Of a DNA stretch of 46,378 bases, positions 34,325 through 43,390 are shown in pieces. The stretch's first letter is position 1; each line of letters starts with the position of its first letter. The notes under the pieces were generated by a model. It saw nothing but the letters and a program-made list of their open reading frames with translations, was not told where the DNA came from and searched no databases. The translations under genes and the position numbers were made by a program. The DNA comes from a virus. The stretch is from the IMG/VR virus record IMGVR_UViG_3300037423_000863. The stretch is one strand, 5' to 3'.

Positions 34325-36578
34325 TGTCAGTCTCCATTTCAGACAGAGTGTTTTGCTTGAGGATCAGGTGGGCCGTGGACGGGTCCAGCACCCAGCGCCC
34401 GGCGGTGACGGCTTTCTTCATCTTCCGCTGTTCGTTGGGGCGCGGCTCGGTTCGCAGCGTCCCGTTGTCGATCCACAGCTTCAACAGCTGGACGATGCGG
34501 CGCTTCGACGGCGCTTCGGTCGCGTCGATCTTCAGGACGTTCGCGATGACATCGCCAGCCCACTGCTTCGACTGCGGATCTAGGAAGTAATCGCCTGAGC
34601 TCAGAACCTTCTGGATGCGGAACAGATGGTCTAGGTCGATGCCGTCCAGCGCGCGGGGCGGCTGCCACGGCGCGACGACGCCAACGCTGTCCGCCTCATG
34701 CACTTCGTTCCCGTTGCCCAGCTCCACGCTCACCAGCTGGAACCAATCGGCCGCGTCGGGGGGAGCCAGGTTGTGCTTATCGTCGCCGACGCTGACGTAG
34801 CTGCGGTGCTTCGACGGATCGAGCTGGAACATTTCCGCCTGCTCAGGGCTCATCCGATTGAGGACGAGAGCGATACGGGCGGCGTTGACCAGCGCACCGG
34901 CTCCGCGAGCTGCGTCGGCTGTGACTTCCTCGCCGCCGAGCTTCTTCGAATGATGGACGAGGACGATCGCACAGTTGCACTCGACGGCGATCCTCGCCCA
35001 CGCCTTCGCTACGGCGTCGATCTTGTTGTTGTCGTTCTCGCTGACGCGGTGCGAGGACACGAACGGGTCGATGATGAGGCAGTCGATGCCGCGCTTCAGG
35101 ATCGCTTGCTTGATGTTCTCCATGACCGGCTCGACAATCATGAAGCCGTTCCGGTCTTCGACTGCCGTGCAGAGCTGCGCCCCGTCCGGGCCGCTGTCGA
35201 CGTAGAGGCGACCCGTTACGTCTTCAACCTTCAGCCCGTGGTGGATCGCAGCAGCGACACGTTGGCGGGCGAGGCTGTCGCCGTCATCCTCCAAGTTCCA
35301 CAGCCAGCAGCGAAGCGGGCCGCCATAGACGGTCTTGCCCAGCAGCTCCCGGCCGGAAGCCAGCGACAGGGACATGGCGACCGTCAGGCTCGACTTGCCG
35401 ATGCCGCCCGGCGCGATCATCGCCGTCACCTTGCCGCGCATCAGCCAGCGCCCCAGCAGCCACGGTCGCGGCGGGATTGTCGTCGGCAGCGGGAAGGTGG
35501 CGGGCGTCGGCTCGAATGATCCCTGAGCTGCGGGTTGTGCCTGCGCCACTTCGACCATCGTTGTCGGGAACGGGCCGTGCTTCGTGATGTCGACCTTCAC
35601 CAGCGCCTGAAACTCGCGCTGCATGCGATCATCCGGCCAAGCCGGGACCATGTGCTGCAGCATCCAGCCGTGGGTGTTGATGAACGCTTGGTCTAGGCCA
35701 ATGCGCCCGGCTCGAGCTTCGCTGATCTGGAAGCCAGCGACCTTCGAGAATTCGCCCCAGCGGTGAAGGTCTTCGCCGCCTTCGTGGATGTCACGATGAA
35801 GCGCCGCCGTCGCCGTGTCGAAGTTCGGCGTGAAGTCCATGACGCCCGGCGCCGGCTCAGGCTTGACCGGCTCCACGCCAGCCATCGGGCGCATATCTTC
35901 GATAATCTCGGCGAGGTCGTCCAAGTTATAGTCGACATCGGCCTTCGCCACGATTTCGCAGCGGGCCGCCTTGCCGTTCTTGGCGTGAACGGTGCCGGGA
36001 ATTCGAACCACTTGGGTCGCCCGGCCAAAGCTGGCGTCGCCGCCGATCTTCTGCGCCAGCTTCTTCCTGAGCGCAGCGACGCGCTCCACTTCCTCGCTCG
36101 GCTCGTTCAGCAGCCAATACAGATGGAGCTTCTTCGTCCCGGCGTCCGTCTTGCCGCCGGATGCGACAATCAGGCTCGGCTGCCCCAGCGCCGACTGAGC
36201 GTAGCTGCGCTTCTCCTCGGTGTTGCCGCTGTCGATGTCGAGGATGATCGCCGTCAGGCTGTGAACCCGGTCGACGGTCGCCTTCTCATCCTTCGCAGCG
36301 TCGCCGGACAGGACGGCGGGAACGATGAACCCGGCGACGTGCCACTGCGCCCAGCGCTTCAGGCTGTCATGAGCTGCGCCCATGAACGCGGGCGGGATGA
36401 TCTTGCGCTCGCGAAACTTCCCCTCCTGGGTCGTTCCTTTCTCGCCGATCCCCAGCAGGCTGATGACTTGGCCCGGCTCGAAGTCGACGTGCCGGAACAG
36501 CAGCTTCAGATAGGCTTCGACTTGCTGCGGATCATAGAGCTGCAGGTTCGCCGGGACCGGCAGGACGGGGCCGCTCAT
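34317..36578 (-). CDS. primase-polymerase (AEP-like) fused to RepA/AAA_25-type helicase ATPase
   Basis: ILDIDSG, SGGKTDAGTKKLHLYW and RIPGTVHAK in the N-part. Walker A APGGIGKSS and Walker B IIDPF in the C-part. ATGA-coupled start at 36578. Confidence 0.75.
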   Translation of the reverse strand: MSGPVLPVPANLQLYDPQQVEAYLKLLFRHVDFEPGQVISLLGIGEKGTTQEGKFRERKIIPPAFMGAAHDSLKRWAQWHVAGFIVPAVLSGDAAKDEKATVDRVHSLTAIILDIDSGNTEEKRSYAQSALGQPSLIVASGGKTDAGTKKLHLYWLLNEPSEEVERVAALRKKLAQKIGGDASFGRATQVVRIPGTVHAKNGKAARCEIVAKADVDYNLDDLAEIIEDMRPMAGVEPVKPEPAPGVMDFTPNFDTATAALHRDIHEGGEDLHRWGEFSKVAGFQISEARAGRIGLDQAFINTHGWMLQHMVPAWPDDRMQREFQALVKVDITKHGPFPTTMVEVAQAQPAAQGSFEPTPATFPLPTTIPPRPWLLGRWLMRGKVTAMIAPGGIGKSSLTVAMSLSLASGRELLGKTVYGGPLRCWLWNLEDDGDSLARQRVAAAIHHGLKVEDVTGRLYVDSGPDGAQLCTAVEDRNGFMIVEPVMENIKQAILKRGIDCLIIDPFVSSHRVSENDNNKIDAVAKAWARIAVECNCAIVLVHHSKKLGGEEVTADAARGAGALVNAARIALVLNRMSPEQAEMFQLDPSKHRSYVSVGDDKHNLAPPDAADWFQLVSVELGNGNEVHEADSVGVVAPWQPPRALDGIDLDHLFRIQKVLSSGDYFLDPQSKQWAGDVIANVLKIDATEAPSKRRIVQLLKLWIDNGTLRTEPRPNEQRKMKKAVTAGRWVLDPSTAHLILKQNTLSEMETDNG

Positions 36579-37024
36579 TGCCACGCCCCCACGCCGAACA
36601 GGTTCTTGTCCTCGGTTGGGTGCTTGTCGGTGCGATCGCGCTTTGGCCGCGACCAGCTGCGCCCTTTCACGGCGGCGATCCAGCGCCAGCCCGCAGCCCG
36701 GACAGACGCGCCGTTCTCGCTGGCAAGCAGGTAGGTTCCAACGCGCTGATAGCCCATCGCGAAAGCGGCCCGTTGGGCGGCTCCGTAGAGCATCGAACAG
36801 GCGTTCTTTGTGCCGTCCGTGCAGAGCCGGGTGACTTCGAGCGTCAAGCCGTCATCGCGCCAGCGAGCGACCGGGCGGCCCACGATGGCGACGCCAACCA
36901 GCTCGCCTTCGCGCTCGACCCCGATGCTGAATTTGTGTCCCTGCGGCGGAACGTGGTGGCGATGATGCTCGGCCACGAAGGCGCTCGCTTCGGCAAAGCT
37001 AACGGGGCGCAGTTGCAGCTTCAC
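36575..37024 (-). CDS. GNAT-fold-like protein
   Basis: VGVAIVGRPVARWRDDGLTLEVTRLCTDGTKNACSMLYGAAQRAAFAMGYQRVGTYLLASENGASVRAAGW. GTGA-coupled start at 37024. Confidence 0.5.
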   Translation of the reverse strand: MKLQLRPVSFAEASAFVAEHHRHHVPPQGHKFSIGVEREGELVGVAIVGRPVARWRDDGLTLEVTRLCTDGTKNACSMLYGAAQRAAFAMGYQRVGTYLLASENGASVRAAGWRWIAAVKGRSWSRPKRDRTDKHPTEDKNLFGVGAWQ

Positions 37025-37293
37025 CGCTTCGCCCACGAATAGAGGTAGCAGGCTTTGGTGTAGGGACCGAACGCGCCGGGGACCGTCATCATCGCCTTGC
37101 AGCGGGTGAGGACGCCCTTCTTCACCAGCCGCGTCAGCCGTGTGTGAACGACCATGCGCGGCAGCCCGCTCGCCTGCACCACTTCGCGGCAGAGGAAGGG
37201 CGGCTGCAATGTGCGCGCCGCCTCTATCACTTCTTCCATCCGGTATGGTTCGTTGATGTAGCCCTCGAGCTGGGCCAGCAAGTCTCTAGCCAC
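37021..37293 (-). CDS. winged-helix DNA-binding protein
   Basis: FLCREVVQASGLPRMVVHTRLTRLVKKGVLTR. Confidence 0.5.
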   Translation of the reverse strand: MARDLLAQLEGYINEPYRMEEVIEAARTLQPPFLCREVVQASGLPRMVVHTRLTRLVKKGVLTRCKAMMTVPGAFGPYTKACYLYSWAKR

Positions 37294-38287
37294 GGGTGCC
37301 GAAGCTCCACGTCTTTTCGTCCATCCCGGCGGCTATGCGGGCATGCTCACTTGCCCAGCAGCGGGCGGCGTAGTCGCAGAACTTGCAGCGGTAGTCGGTC
37401 GACTTGGTGGCAACGCGCGGAAGGTCTTCAGGCTCGGTTGACGTGACGACGCGAACGCCCTTGTCGCTCGCCTCCTGAGCAACGGCGGCGTCGAACGGGA
37501 TCAGCTCCGCATATATCTCGCCAGTGTTTCCGTTCTCCGCAGTGAACAACCCCGGCCAATCGGCCAGCTGCAGATACGCCATGTAGAGCTGCATCTGGAC
37601 GAAATAGACCCACTTCGAAGCGCGCAGCCCCTTGCGAACAAGGTCTTTGAACCCCTTGTCGCCGAGTATCTTGTTCTCCCACAGGCACGGATAGCGGAGC
37701 GGGAACGTCAGGCTGCCGAGGATCAGTTGCGCCGGGCCGCCTCTCACAACCCCGTCCAGGTGGCCGCCGATGCGTCCGCCTGCCGTCATGAATTCGAATT
37801 GCTTGCCGTCCGGGCGCTCGGTGAGAAGGTCGAAGCCAGCGAGCCGCAGGCGCCGCGCCATCAGGTCTTCGCCGCTGTGGCCGCGCTCGAAGATGCGGAG
37901 AGTCCGGCCTTCGAACGGCTCGTCTTTCGGAACCTTGTGGAATTCGAAGCCGAGCTTGCGAAGACATTCCTCGCCCAGCCGGGAGCCGCCGATATATTCG
38001 CGCGGCGGCTGCGCTGCGTTCTCCGCCTGCATCGCCTTGTCAAGCAGCTCCTCGAAGGCCGAAGCAAAAGCCGCGCTCGGGCGCGGCGTGAAGTCCATCG
38101 TCTGCGTCATCGGGCGTTCGTTGCTATTGTCTGTCGCTATTTCAGACAATGCCCCCGGACAAATTTTCTCTAGCTCGCCTTCGCCTTTCTTGCAGACGGT
38201 GCAGTAAGCCAGCCCGCCTTCGCAATAGACGCAGTGTCCGCGATCCCTGCAGCTGATGCCGTCACACTCATAGAAAACATGTTCCAC
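37286..38287 (-). CDS. PD-(D/E)XK (YqaJ/Cas4-like) exonuclease with Cys-rich N- and C-termini
   Basis: GGAGGAAtgac GTG at 38287. N-terminal CDGISCRDRGHCVYCEGGLAYCTVCKK. GHLDGVV...LWENK core. C-terminal CKFCDYAARCW. Confidence 0.65.
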   Translation of the reverse strand: MEHVFYECDGISCRDRGHCVYCEGGLAYCTVCKKGEGELEKICPGALSEIATDNSNERPMTQTMDFTPRPSAAFASAFEELLDKAMQAENAAQPPREYIGGSRLGEECLRKLGFEFHKVPKDEPFEGRTLRIFERGHSGEDLMARRLRLAGFDLLTERPDGKQFEFMTAGGRIGGHLDGVVRGGPAQLILGSLTFPLRYPCLWENKILGDKGFKDLVRKGLRASKWVYFVQMQLYMAYLQLADWPGLFTAENGNTGEIYAELIPFDAAVAQEASDKGVRVVTSTEPEDLPRVATKSTDYRCKFCDYAARCWASEHARIAAGMDEKTWSFGTRG

Positions 38288-38288
38288 G

Positions 38289-38519
38289 TCATTCCTCCCC
38301 AATCGCTTCTCGAGCCCGCTGCGCCAGCGCCGCTTGCGTCTCAGGCTGAAGCTCGTTGCACGTCCCGCAGTAGCGGCTGACGCGCGATCGCAGCGGCGGA
38401 CCAATGCCAAAGCAGGCGTTCGGAGCGCCGCACCCATCGCACCGCGGCGGCTGTGGCGGGTTGACCCCGAACGCCAGCCACGGGCGCGACGGGTCTTCGC
38501 GGCGCGGGCGGCGGATCAT
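38289..38519 (-). CDS. small Cys4 zinc-ribbon protein, 76 aa
   Basis: CDGCGAPNAC...YCGTCNE. High GC3. Confidence 0.55.
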   Translation of the reverse strand: MIRRPRREDPSRPWLAFGVNPPQPPRCDGCGAPNACFGIGPPLRSRVSRYCGTCNELQPETQAALAQRAREAIGEE

Positions 38520-38818
38520 CTTCTGCGCCCCATCATGGCGTCAAACTGCGCCTGCCAATACTGATCCATCCGCGCGTTCATGTAGTCGCCGAAGGAGCCG
38601 AATTGGTGAGGGTCGATATACTGTCCCTGTGCCTGCTGCTGGGCTAGCGCCAACCCATCCAGCCACGGCGATTGCTGCGGCTTCGGCTCAGACTTCGGCA
38701 GCTCGGCTTCGAGCTTGTCCGCCTTCGCCCGTGCGCTCGCCGCTTCGGCCGGAAAGGTGGTCGACTCCGCCAGCGCGCGGAGCTGCTTGATCTTCCGGCG
38801 CTTCGCGTCGTCACTCAT
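38516..38818 (-). CDS. hypothetical protein (DUF2786-like N-terminus)
   Basis: KIKQLRALAESTTFPAEAASARAKADKL. Confidence 0.5.
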   Translation of the reverse strand: MSDDAKRRKIKQLRALAESTTFPAEAASARAKADKLEAELPKSEPKPQQSPWLDGLALAQQQAQGQYIDPHQFGSFGDYMNARMDQYWQAQFDAMMGRRR

Positions 38819-39179
38819 GGTCCTGTCCCTGAGAAGCGCGGGCCTTTAGTGCGGCGGCAGCAAGAGCGAGCGCCGGGGTCGCTGCATCGCTATCGCCGCC
38901 GACCGCGTTGCTGTCATAAACCTCGGCTCTCGGGCCTCGCGAAACGAATGACGTTACGGTCCACGCGTACCCATCCGGGACCAGCGTAAGTGCTGCGTCG
39001 AGATAGGCTTCGGCCCGCAACTTGGCGGTGAAGTCGATAGCCTTGGGCCAAAATCCTGGATCGTCGCGATGGTCAGCTTCGTCGCCAAACACAGCATAGG
39101 CCGCGTCAGACAGAAGCGTTCGCTGATAGTCAGCGTGGCCTTGCTCGCAGCGTTCGGCTAATTCCAGCAGGTCACTCAT
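38811..39179 (-). CDS. hypothetical protein, 122 aa
   Basis: ATG 39179 in an ATGAGTGA overlap. Sequence MSDLLELAERCEQGHADYQ... Confidence 0.55.
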   Translation of the reverse strand: MSDLLELAERCEQGHADYQRTLLSDAAYAVFGDEADHRDDPGFWPKAIDFTAKLRAEAYLDAALTLVPDGYAWTVTSFVSRGPRAEVYDSNAVGGDSDAATPALALAAAALKARASQGQDHE

Positions 39180-39393
39180 GGTCCTGTCCTTTGGGTGATG
39201 CGGTGAGTGCGGCGTCGGCTGTTCCCTGACACGCGGCGAGATGGTCTTGCAGCACATTCACCGCCCACCATGTCAGGCGACCCTTGCGCTCTCTGACGCG
39301 CGTTTCGAACATTTCGATGCCGAGCTTTGAGCCAGCAGAAATCTTCGTTAGCGCTTCCCTCAGCGCATCCTGTTCTGAGCTATCTTTCATCAT
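39172..39393 (-). CDS. hypothetical protein, 73 aa
   Basis: ATGA overlap with the HNH stop. Confidence 0.5.
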   Translation of the reverse strand: MMKDSSEQDALREALTKISAGSKLGIEMFETRVRERKGRLTWWAVNVLQDHLAACQGTADAALTASPKGQDHE

Positions 39394-39761
39394 CGGTTCC
39401 CCTGATATTTGCCCATGCGGGGCAGCTCTTTGCGCGGGATCAGCCGGTAGGGCCGCTGCCCTGAGTGAGCCTGAGCAAAGCGGAATTCGCGCACGATGCG
39501 GCGCACCTGGGACGGGTTCGTGAATTCAGCCCACCAGCGCGGATGTGTGCCGATGAACCAAAACCAATCTTCCGGCGGCAGGTTGTCTTTGAGGAAGTTG
39601 CACTTCTTGCAGCAGCAGACGCGCTTATAGCCCCCGTCGCTTTCCGGCTTCACATGATCCCACGTCAGGGATGTCCAGCGTTCCGGCGTTGGGTGGTCGA
39701 GCTGCCGCTTGCAATAGCAGCAGGTCACGCGCTGGCCGTTCATCATCGGCGGCTTGCTCAT
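39390..39761 (-). CDS. HNH endonuclease
   Basis: CCYCKRQL...WDHVKPESDGGYKRVCCCKKCNFLKDN. ATGA-coupled ATG at 39761. Confidence 0.75.
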   Translation of the reverse strand: MSKPPMMNGQRVTCCYCKRQLDHPTPERWTSLTWDHVKPESDGGYKRVCCCKKCNFLKDNLPPEDWFWFIGTHPRWWAEFTNPSQVRRIVREFRFAQAHSGQRPYRLIPRKELPRMGKYQGNR

Positions 39762-41479
39762 GCCGCCAGCCTCTGCGCGGAGCCTTCGAGGATGCGCTTG
39801 ATCGCCCGCTCGCTCCACTTCCACTGGATGAGGCAGGTCGCCTTATACTTGGTCATGCCGAACGCCTGCATCGGCTGCAGGCGCAGCATCGACAGCTGCT
39901 TGTCTGACGGCGGCTCCGACAGCCAGCGCTTCGTCTTCTTCGCGGCGTCCGCGTCGCCATGCTCGCGAAGGAAGTCGTCTGCGGCTGCCATCGCCAACAG
40001 TCTGTCGCCATTGTCGGCAAGATGCAGCAGCCCGATGTCTTTCCCGCCGCCGATTGCATGCCAGTAGCCGCGATAGGCGATCACTGCCGCCCATGCGTCG
40101 ATGCCCGAAGCCATCGACACCAACCCTTCGAACAGCGTTTCATAGCGGAACGGGCTGTCTGCCAGCAGGTCGACTTCGGTGAGGATGAATTCGGTAAGCT
40201 CGGAGCGCTGCTTCGCTCCGCCCTCGCCACCTTCACCGCCGGCCGCCAGCGGGTCGACCGGATCGCGCGGCCATTCGTAGCCGCAGATTGCACACTCGCG
40301 CATCTGCGCCGGGACCGAGGCGGCGCACTCAGGGCAATCCTTGATCCCGTTGCCCTCTAGGTCGATGTCCTGTTCGATAGAGCCGTGCGTCAGGATCGAC
40401 GTGCCGAAGTCCATGACGATACAATCGTCTTTGACGACGCCCGGATAGCGGCTCGGCTCAACCTTGCGGAGCCCGCGCCCGATCATCTGGATCATGGTCG
40501 ACTTGTAGGAGCTGGGCCGCAGCAGGATGACGCAGCTCGTCGGCTGATGATCCCAGCCTTCCGTCAGAACCGCGACGTTCGTGATAATTTGTAGATCCCC
40601 GCGATCATAGGCGTCGAGGGTCGCGCGGCGCTCCTGTGTCGTCATGTTCCCTTCGACGCAGGCGGCGCGATAGCCCATCTGCCGGAACGTCTCTGCGACG
40701 TGCTGCGCGTGAGCCACAGTCGAACAGAAGATGACGGTCTGCCGCTCGCCAGCGACCTTCGCCCACTCGGCAACGATGCGATCGTTCAGAACCTGCTTGT
40801 CCATGATCGCTTCAACGGCGGTCATGTCGAAGTCGTTGACGGTCTTGCGGACGCCCGCCAGCTCGCCTTGAACGCCAATGTCGACGACGAGGGTGCGCGG
40901 ACGCACCAGCAGCCGGGCTTCGATCAGCTCCTTCAGGCTGATTTGGTCGGACACGTTGTCGACCACGGCGCGGAGCGCTCGCCCGTCACCGCGGCCCGGC
41001 GTCGCCGTCACTAGGAACAGCTTGACGTTCGGGTTCCGCTTCCGCTGGGTGTCGATGATTTTCAGGTAGGACGGCGCGACCGCGTGGTGGCCTTCGTCAA
41101 TGCCGAGGAAGTCGACCGGCGGCATGCCGTCCAGGTTGCGTTGGTTCGCCAGCGTCGCGACCATCGCAAAGGTGCAGTCATATCCCCATTCCTTGCGGTC
41201 GGCTGTGAACAGCCCCGTCGACCGGCGCGGGTTGACCTTCTCGAAGGTTGCCCGGTTCTGCGTCACCAACTCGTCGCGGTGCTGCAGGATGATCCCTGAG
41301 CCGCCTTGGTTCAGGATCGCCCCGGCGGTCGCCGACAGCATGACGGTCTTTCCCGCCCCTGTCGGTGCGACCCCGAGGGTGTTGCCGCGCTGCTCGAGCG
41401 CGGCAACCGACTTGTCAACGAAGACCCGCTGGCGCGGCCTCAACTGCATGACTTGCCTCATCCTCAACGACGACAACAC
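39758..41479 (-). CDS. SF2 DEAD/DEAH-type helicase with internal zinc ribbon
   Basis: APTGAGKTV, GIDEGHH, VTATPGR, QMIGRGLR, CPECAASVPAQMRECAICGYEW. Start uncertain (GTG 41479, ATG 41461 or ATG 41449). Confidence 0.8.
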   Translation of the reverse strand: MLSSLRMRQVMQLRPRQRVFVDKSVAALEQRGNTLGVAPTGAGKTVMLSATAGAILNQGGSGIILQHRDELVTQNRATFEKVNPRRSTGLFTADRKEWGYDCTFAMVATLANQRNLDGMPPVDFLGIDEGHHAVAPSYLKIIDTQRKRNPNVKLFLVTATPGRGDGRALRAVVDNVSDQISLKELIEARLLVRPRTLVVDIGVQGELAGVRKTVNDFDMTAVEAIMDKQVLNDRIVAEWAKVAGERQTVIFCSTVAHAQHVAETFRQMGYRAACVEGNMTTQERRATLDAYDRGDLQIITNVAVLTEGWDHQPTSCVILLRPSSYKSTMIQMIGRGLRKVEPSRYPGVVKDDCIVMDFGTSILTHGSIEQDIDLEGNGIKDCPECAASVPAQMRECAICGYEWPRDPVDPLAAGGEGGEGGAKQRSELTEFILTEVDLLADSPFRYETLFEGLVSMASGIDAWAAVIAYRGYWHAIGGGKDIGLLHLADNGDRLLAMAAADDFLREHGDADAAKKTKRWLSEPPSDKQLSMLRLQPMQAFGMTKYKATCLIQWKWSERAIKRILEGSAQRLAA

Positions 41480-41648
41480 CGACCATGCGCTTCAGCCAAT
41501 GGGCTGCGAGCTGCCTGATCTGCGGACTGACGCCTTCCAACGCCAGCCGCATCATTGTCGTTATTGAGCCTTCTTCCTGATGGGCGGCGTATTCTGCCGC
41601 CGCCCGTTGATACTCGGCCCCCTCCCGGACCCGCGCTTGATGTGGCAC
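41415..41648 (-). CDS. hypothetical small protein
   Basis: GTG start. Moderate GC3. The 3' end overlaps the helicase 5' end. Confidence 0.3.
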   Translation of the reverse strand: MPHQARVREGAEYQRAAAEYAAHQEEGSITTMMRLALEGVSPQIRQLAAHWLKRMVGVVVVEDEASHAVEAAPAGLR

Positions 41649-41660
41649 CCGCTCTAACCT

Positions 41661-42434
41661 TTACTGCTTGGGTGCGTTCGCCTGCTCTAACCAGCCGCCT
41701 GAAGTCTGCTGTCCGCTAGAAGGGGACGACACAGGCGCATTGCCTTGGGTCGCCGCCGCAGTCTCCGCACCGTTCGCCCCCGACTGACCCGCGCTCGCCG
41801 CCGGGGGCTGACCAAAACCCGAACCGTTGCCGAACCCGGATTGCTGGGCGGCATGCCCGCCCTGATTGCCGAACCCGCCTGTCGCAGCAGGAGCTGCGGC
41901 AGCACCACCAAAGCCGTTCGCAGCACCGCCCCCGGTCGGCTGCTGAAGACCATGATCACCCTTGGACAGCCGCTCGAAGCCTTTATAGCCCGATTGGCTG
42001 GCGGGGTTCGGAGTGAGCCATTCCGCTACCCTGTTCTTGTCGTCATGGCCGTCCTTTCCTGCTTCGATCCCGACCTTGATGGCGACCCGCCGTCCGTCCA
42101 GCGCCTGATAGCCCTCAGGTGCAGGCGGCAGCTGATAGCCCGCCGGATTGTTCGGCCCCGCGCCGCCACATTCGAGGATGCGCGTGATCGCGATGGTTCC
42201 CATCTTGCGGAAGCCCTCGGTGTTTCCGTTGAAATACGGATCGCCGATAACGTCCCACAGCTTCCGTCCCGCGTAGGGCTGCCCCTGATCCACGGTCAGC
42301 TCCACGTCCAAATACCGGCTTGGAGTTGCCGAGGTCTTCAGACCCCTAACATTAAGATTTGCCCATACAAGCAAACCCTTGGGAAGTAAGTCAAAATCAG
42401 AGGTTTGGCCCGCGTGTCCGCTGAAATCCATCAT
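41661..42434 (-). CDS. DUF669-like putative ssDNA-binding protein with Gly/Gln-rich tail
   Basis: FDLLPKGLLVWANL... N-domain. Synteny with a Sak4-like ATPase and a helicase. Confidence 0.5.
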   Translation of the reverse strand: MMDFSGHAGQTSDFDLLPKGLLVWANLNVRGLKTSATPSRYLDVELTVDQGQPYAGRKLWDVIGDPYFNGNTEGFRKMGTIAITRILECGGAGPNNPAGYQLPPAPEGYQALDGRRVAIKVGIEAGKDGHDDKNRVAEWLTPNPASQSGYKGFERLSKGDHGLQQPTGGGAANGFGGAAAAPAATGGFGNQGGHAAQQSGFGNGSGFGQPPAASAGQSGANGAETAAATQGNAPVSSPSSGQQTSGGWLEQANAPKQ

Positions 42435-42508
42435 TGCAAGAGGCTCCTTGTCTTACCTAAAGTTAATTGTGGATAAAGTTGGCCGCAAATTACTAACCTT
42501 GACCAACA
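42435..42508. promoter_or_regulatory. AT-rich island containing a perfect DnaA box
   Basis: tgtggataa at 42468..42476 (TTATCCACA on the minus strand). Local GC is far below that of the flanks. Confidence 0.5.
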
Positions 42509-43390
42509 TCAAGTTGCGGCTGGCGCGCTGTATGTCGGCGTGTCGACGCGCGGCCCGTCCTGAATTTTCTTCAGGATCGCTCCAAGGTCCGGCGCTTCGA
42601 TCATGTCGAGTTTGCCGCTGCGATCCTTCGCCGGGACGCCGTAGCCGTTCTGCTGGTGGCAGATGAAGCCGCGCTGCGTCCCGCCCTTGAAGTCGAGGAC
42701 CGGCTTGCCGTTGTCGAAGGCGAACAGCCCGCCGGTAATCACTTGGTCGAAGATGCCGGGCAGCTCGCGCCCCGTCTTCGAGCCTTCGATCTGCGGCAGA
42801 TATTCGACAGCGCCGAAGTCGTCTTTGATCGCTTCGAGGATGCCGACGATGATGGTCGACTTGCCGCTGTGCTGCAGCTGGGTGAGCCAGCCAACCATTT
42901 CCCGGCCCATCAGCCCGTAGGCTCCGCGAGTGTCCGGCTTGCCCGTCTTCTCGCTGAAGGCTTCCGGCTGGCGCTGGGCCCATGCGAAGGCGTGGCGGCT
43001 CGCGACGGTGATGCTGTCGACAAAGATGTAGTCGAAGCCGTCGAACTGCGATCGCGGCCCCAGCACTTGCTCATAGACGGCGAGTTGATCCGCCGCGTAG
43101 GCGCTCCCAGGAGCTGCTGCAGGATCAGCGCCGCCGATGAGACAGGCGAGCGCCCGCGCCAACTCCCACGGATGGACGCCAGCGGCTTCGGCCTGACTGC
43201 GGACATCCAGCGTCGCGCCCTGCCAATCGCCCAGCGCGAGGGTTCCCGCTTCAAGGTCGATCACAAGCGTCTTCGCTGGGTCCAGCGTCCGCGCCTGAAA
43301 GGTCTTGCCCCAGCCGAACGGGGCGAACAGCGCGATGTTGCAGGGCTGCTTCTGAGCTAGGCGTTCTTCGGCGGTGACGATCTTAAGCAA
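42509..43390 (-). CDS. AAA_24/Sak4-like RecA-type ATPase
   Basis: NIALFAPFGWGKT Walker A, FDYIFVDSI Walker B. Confidence 0.7.
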   Translation of the reverse strand: MLKIVTAEERLAQKQPCNIALFAPFGWGKTFQARTLDPAKTLVIDLEAGTLALGDWQGATLDVRSQAEAAGVHPWELARALACLIGGADPAAAPGSAYAADQLAVYEQVLGPRSQFDGFDYIFVDSITVASRHAFAWAQRQPEAFSEKTGKPDTRGAYGLMGREMVGWLTQLQHSGKSTIIVGILEAIKDDFGAVEYLPQIEGSKTGRELPGIFDQVITGGLFAFDNGKPVLDFKGGTQRGFICHQQNGYGVPAKDRSGKLDMIEAPDLGAILKKIQDGPRVDTPTYSAPAAT

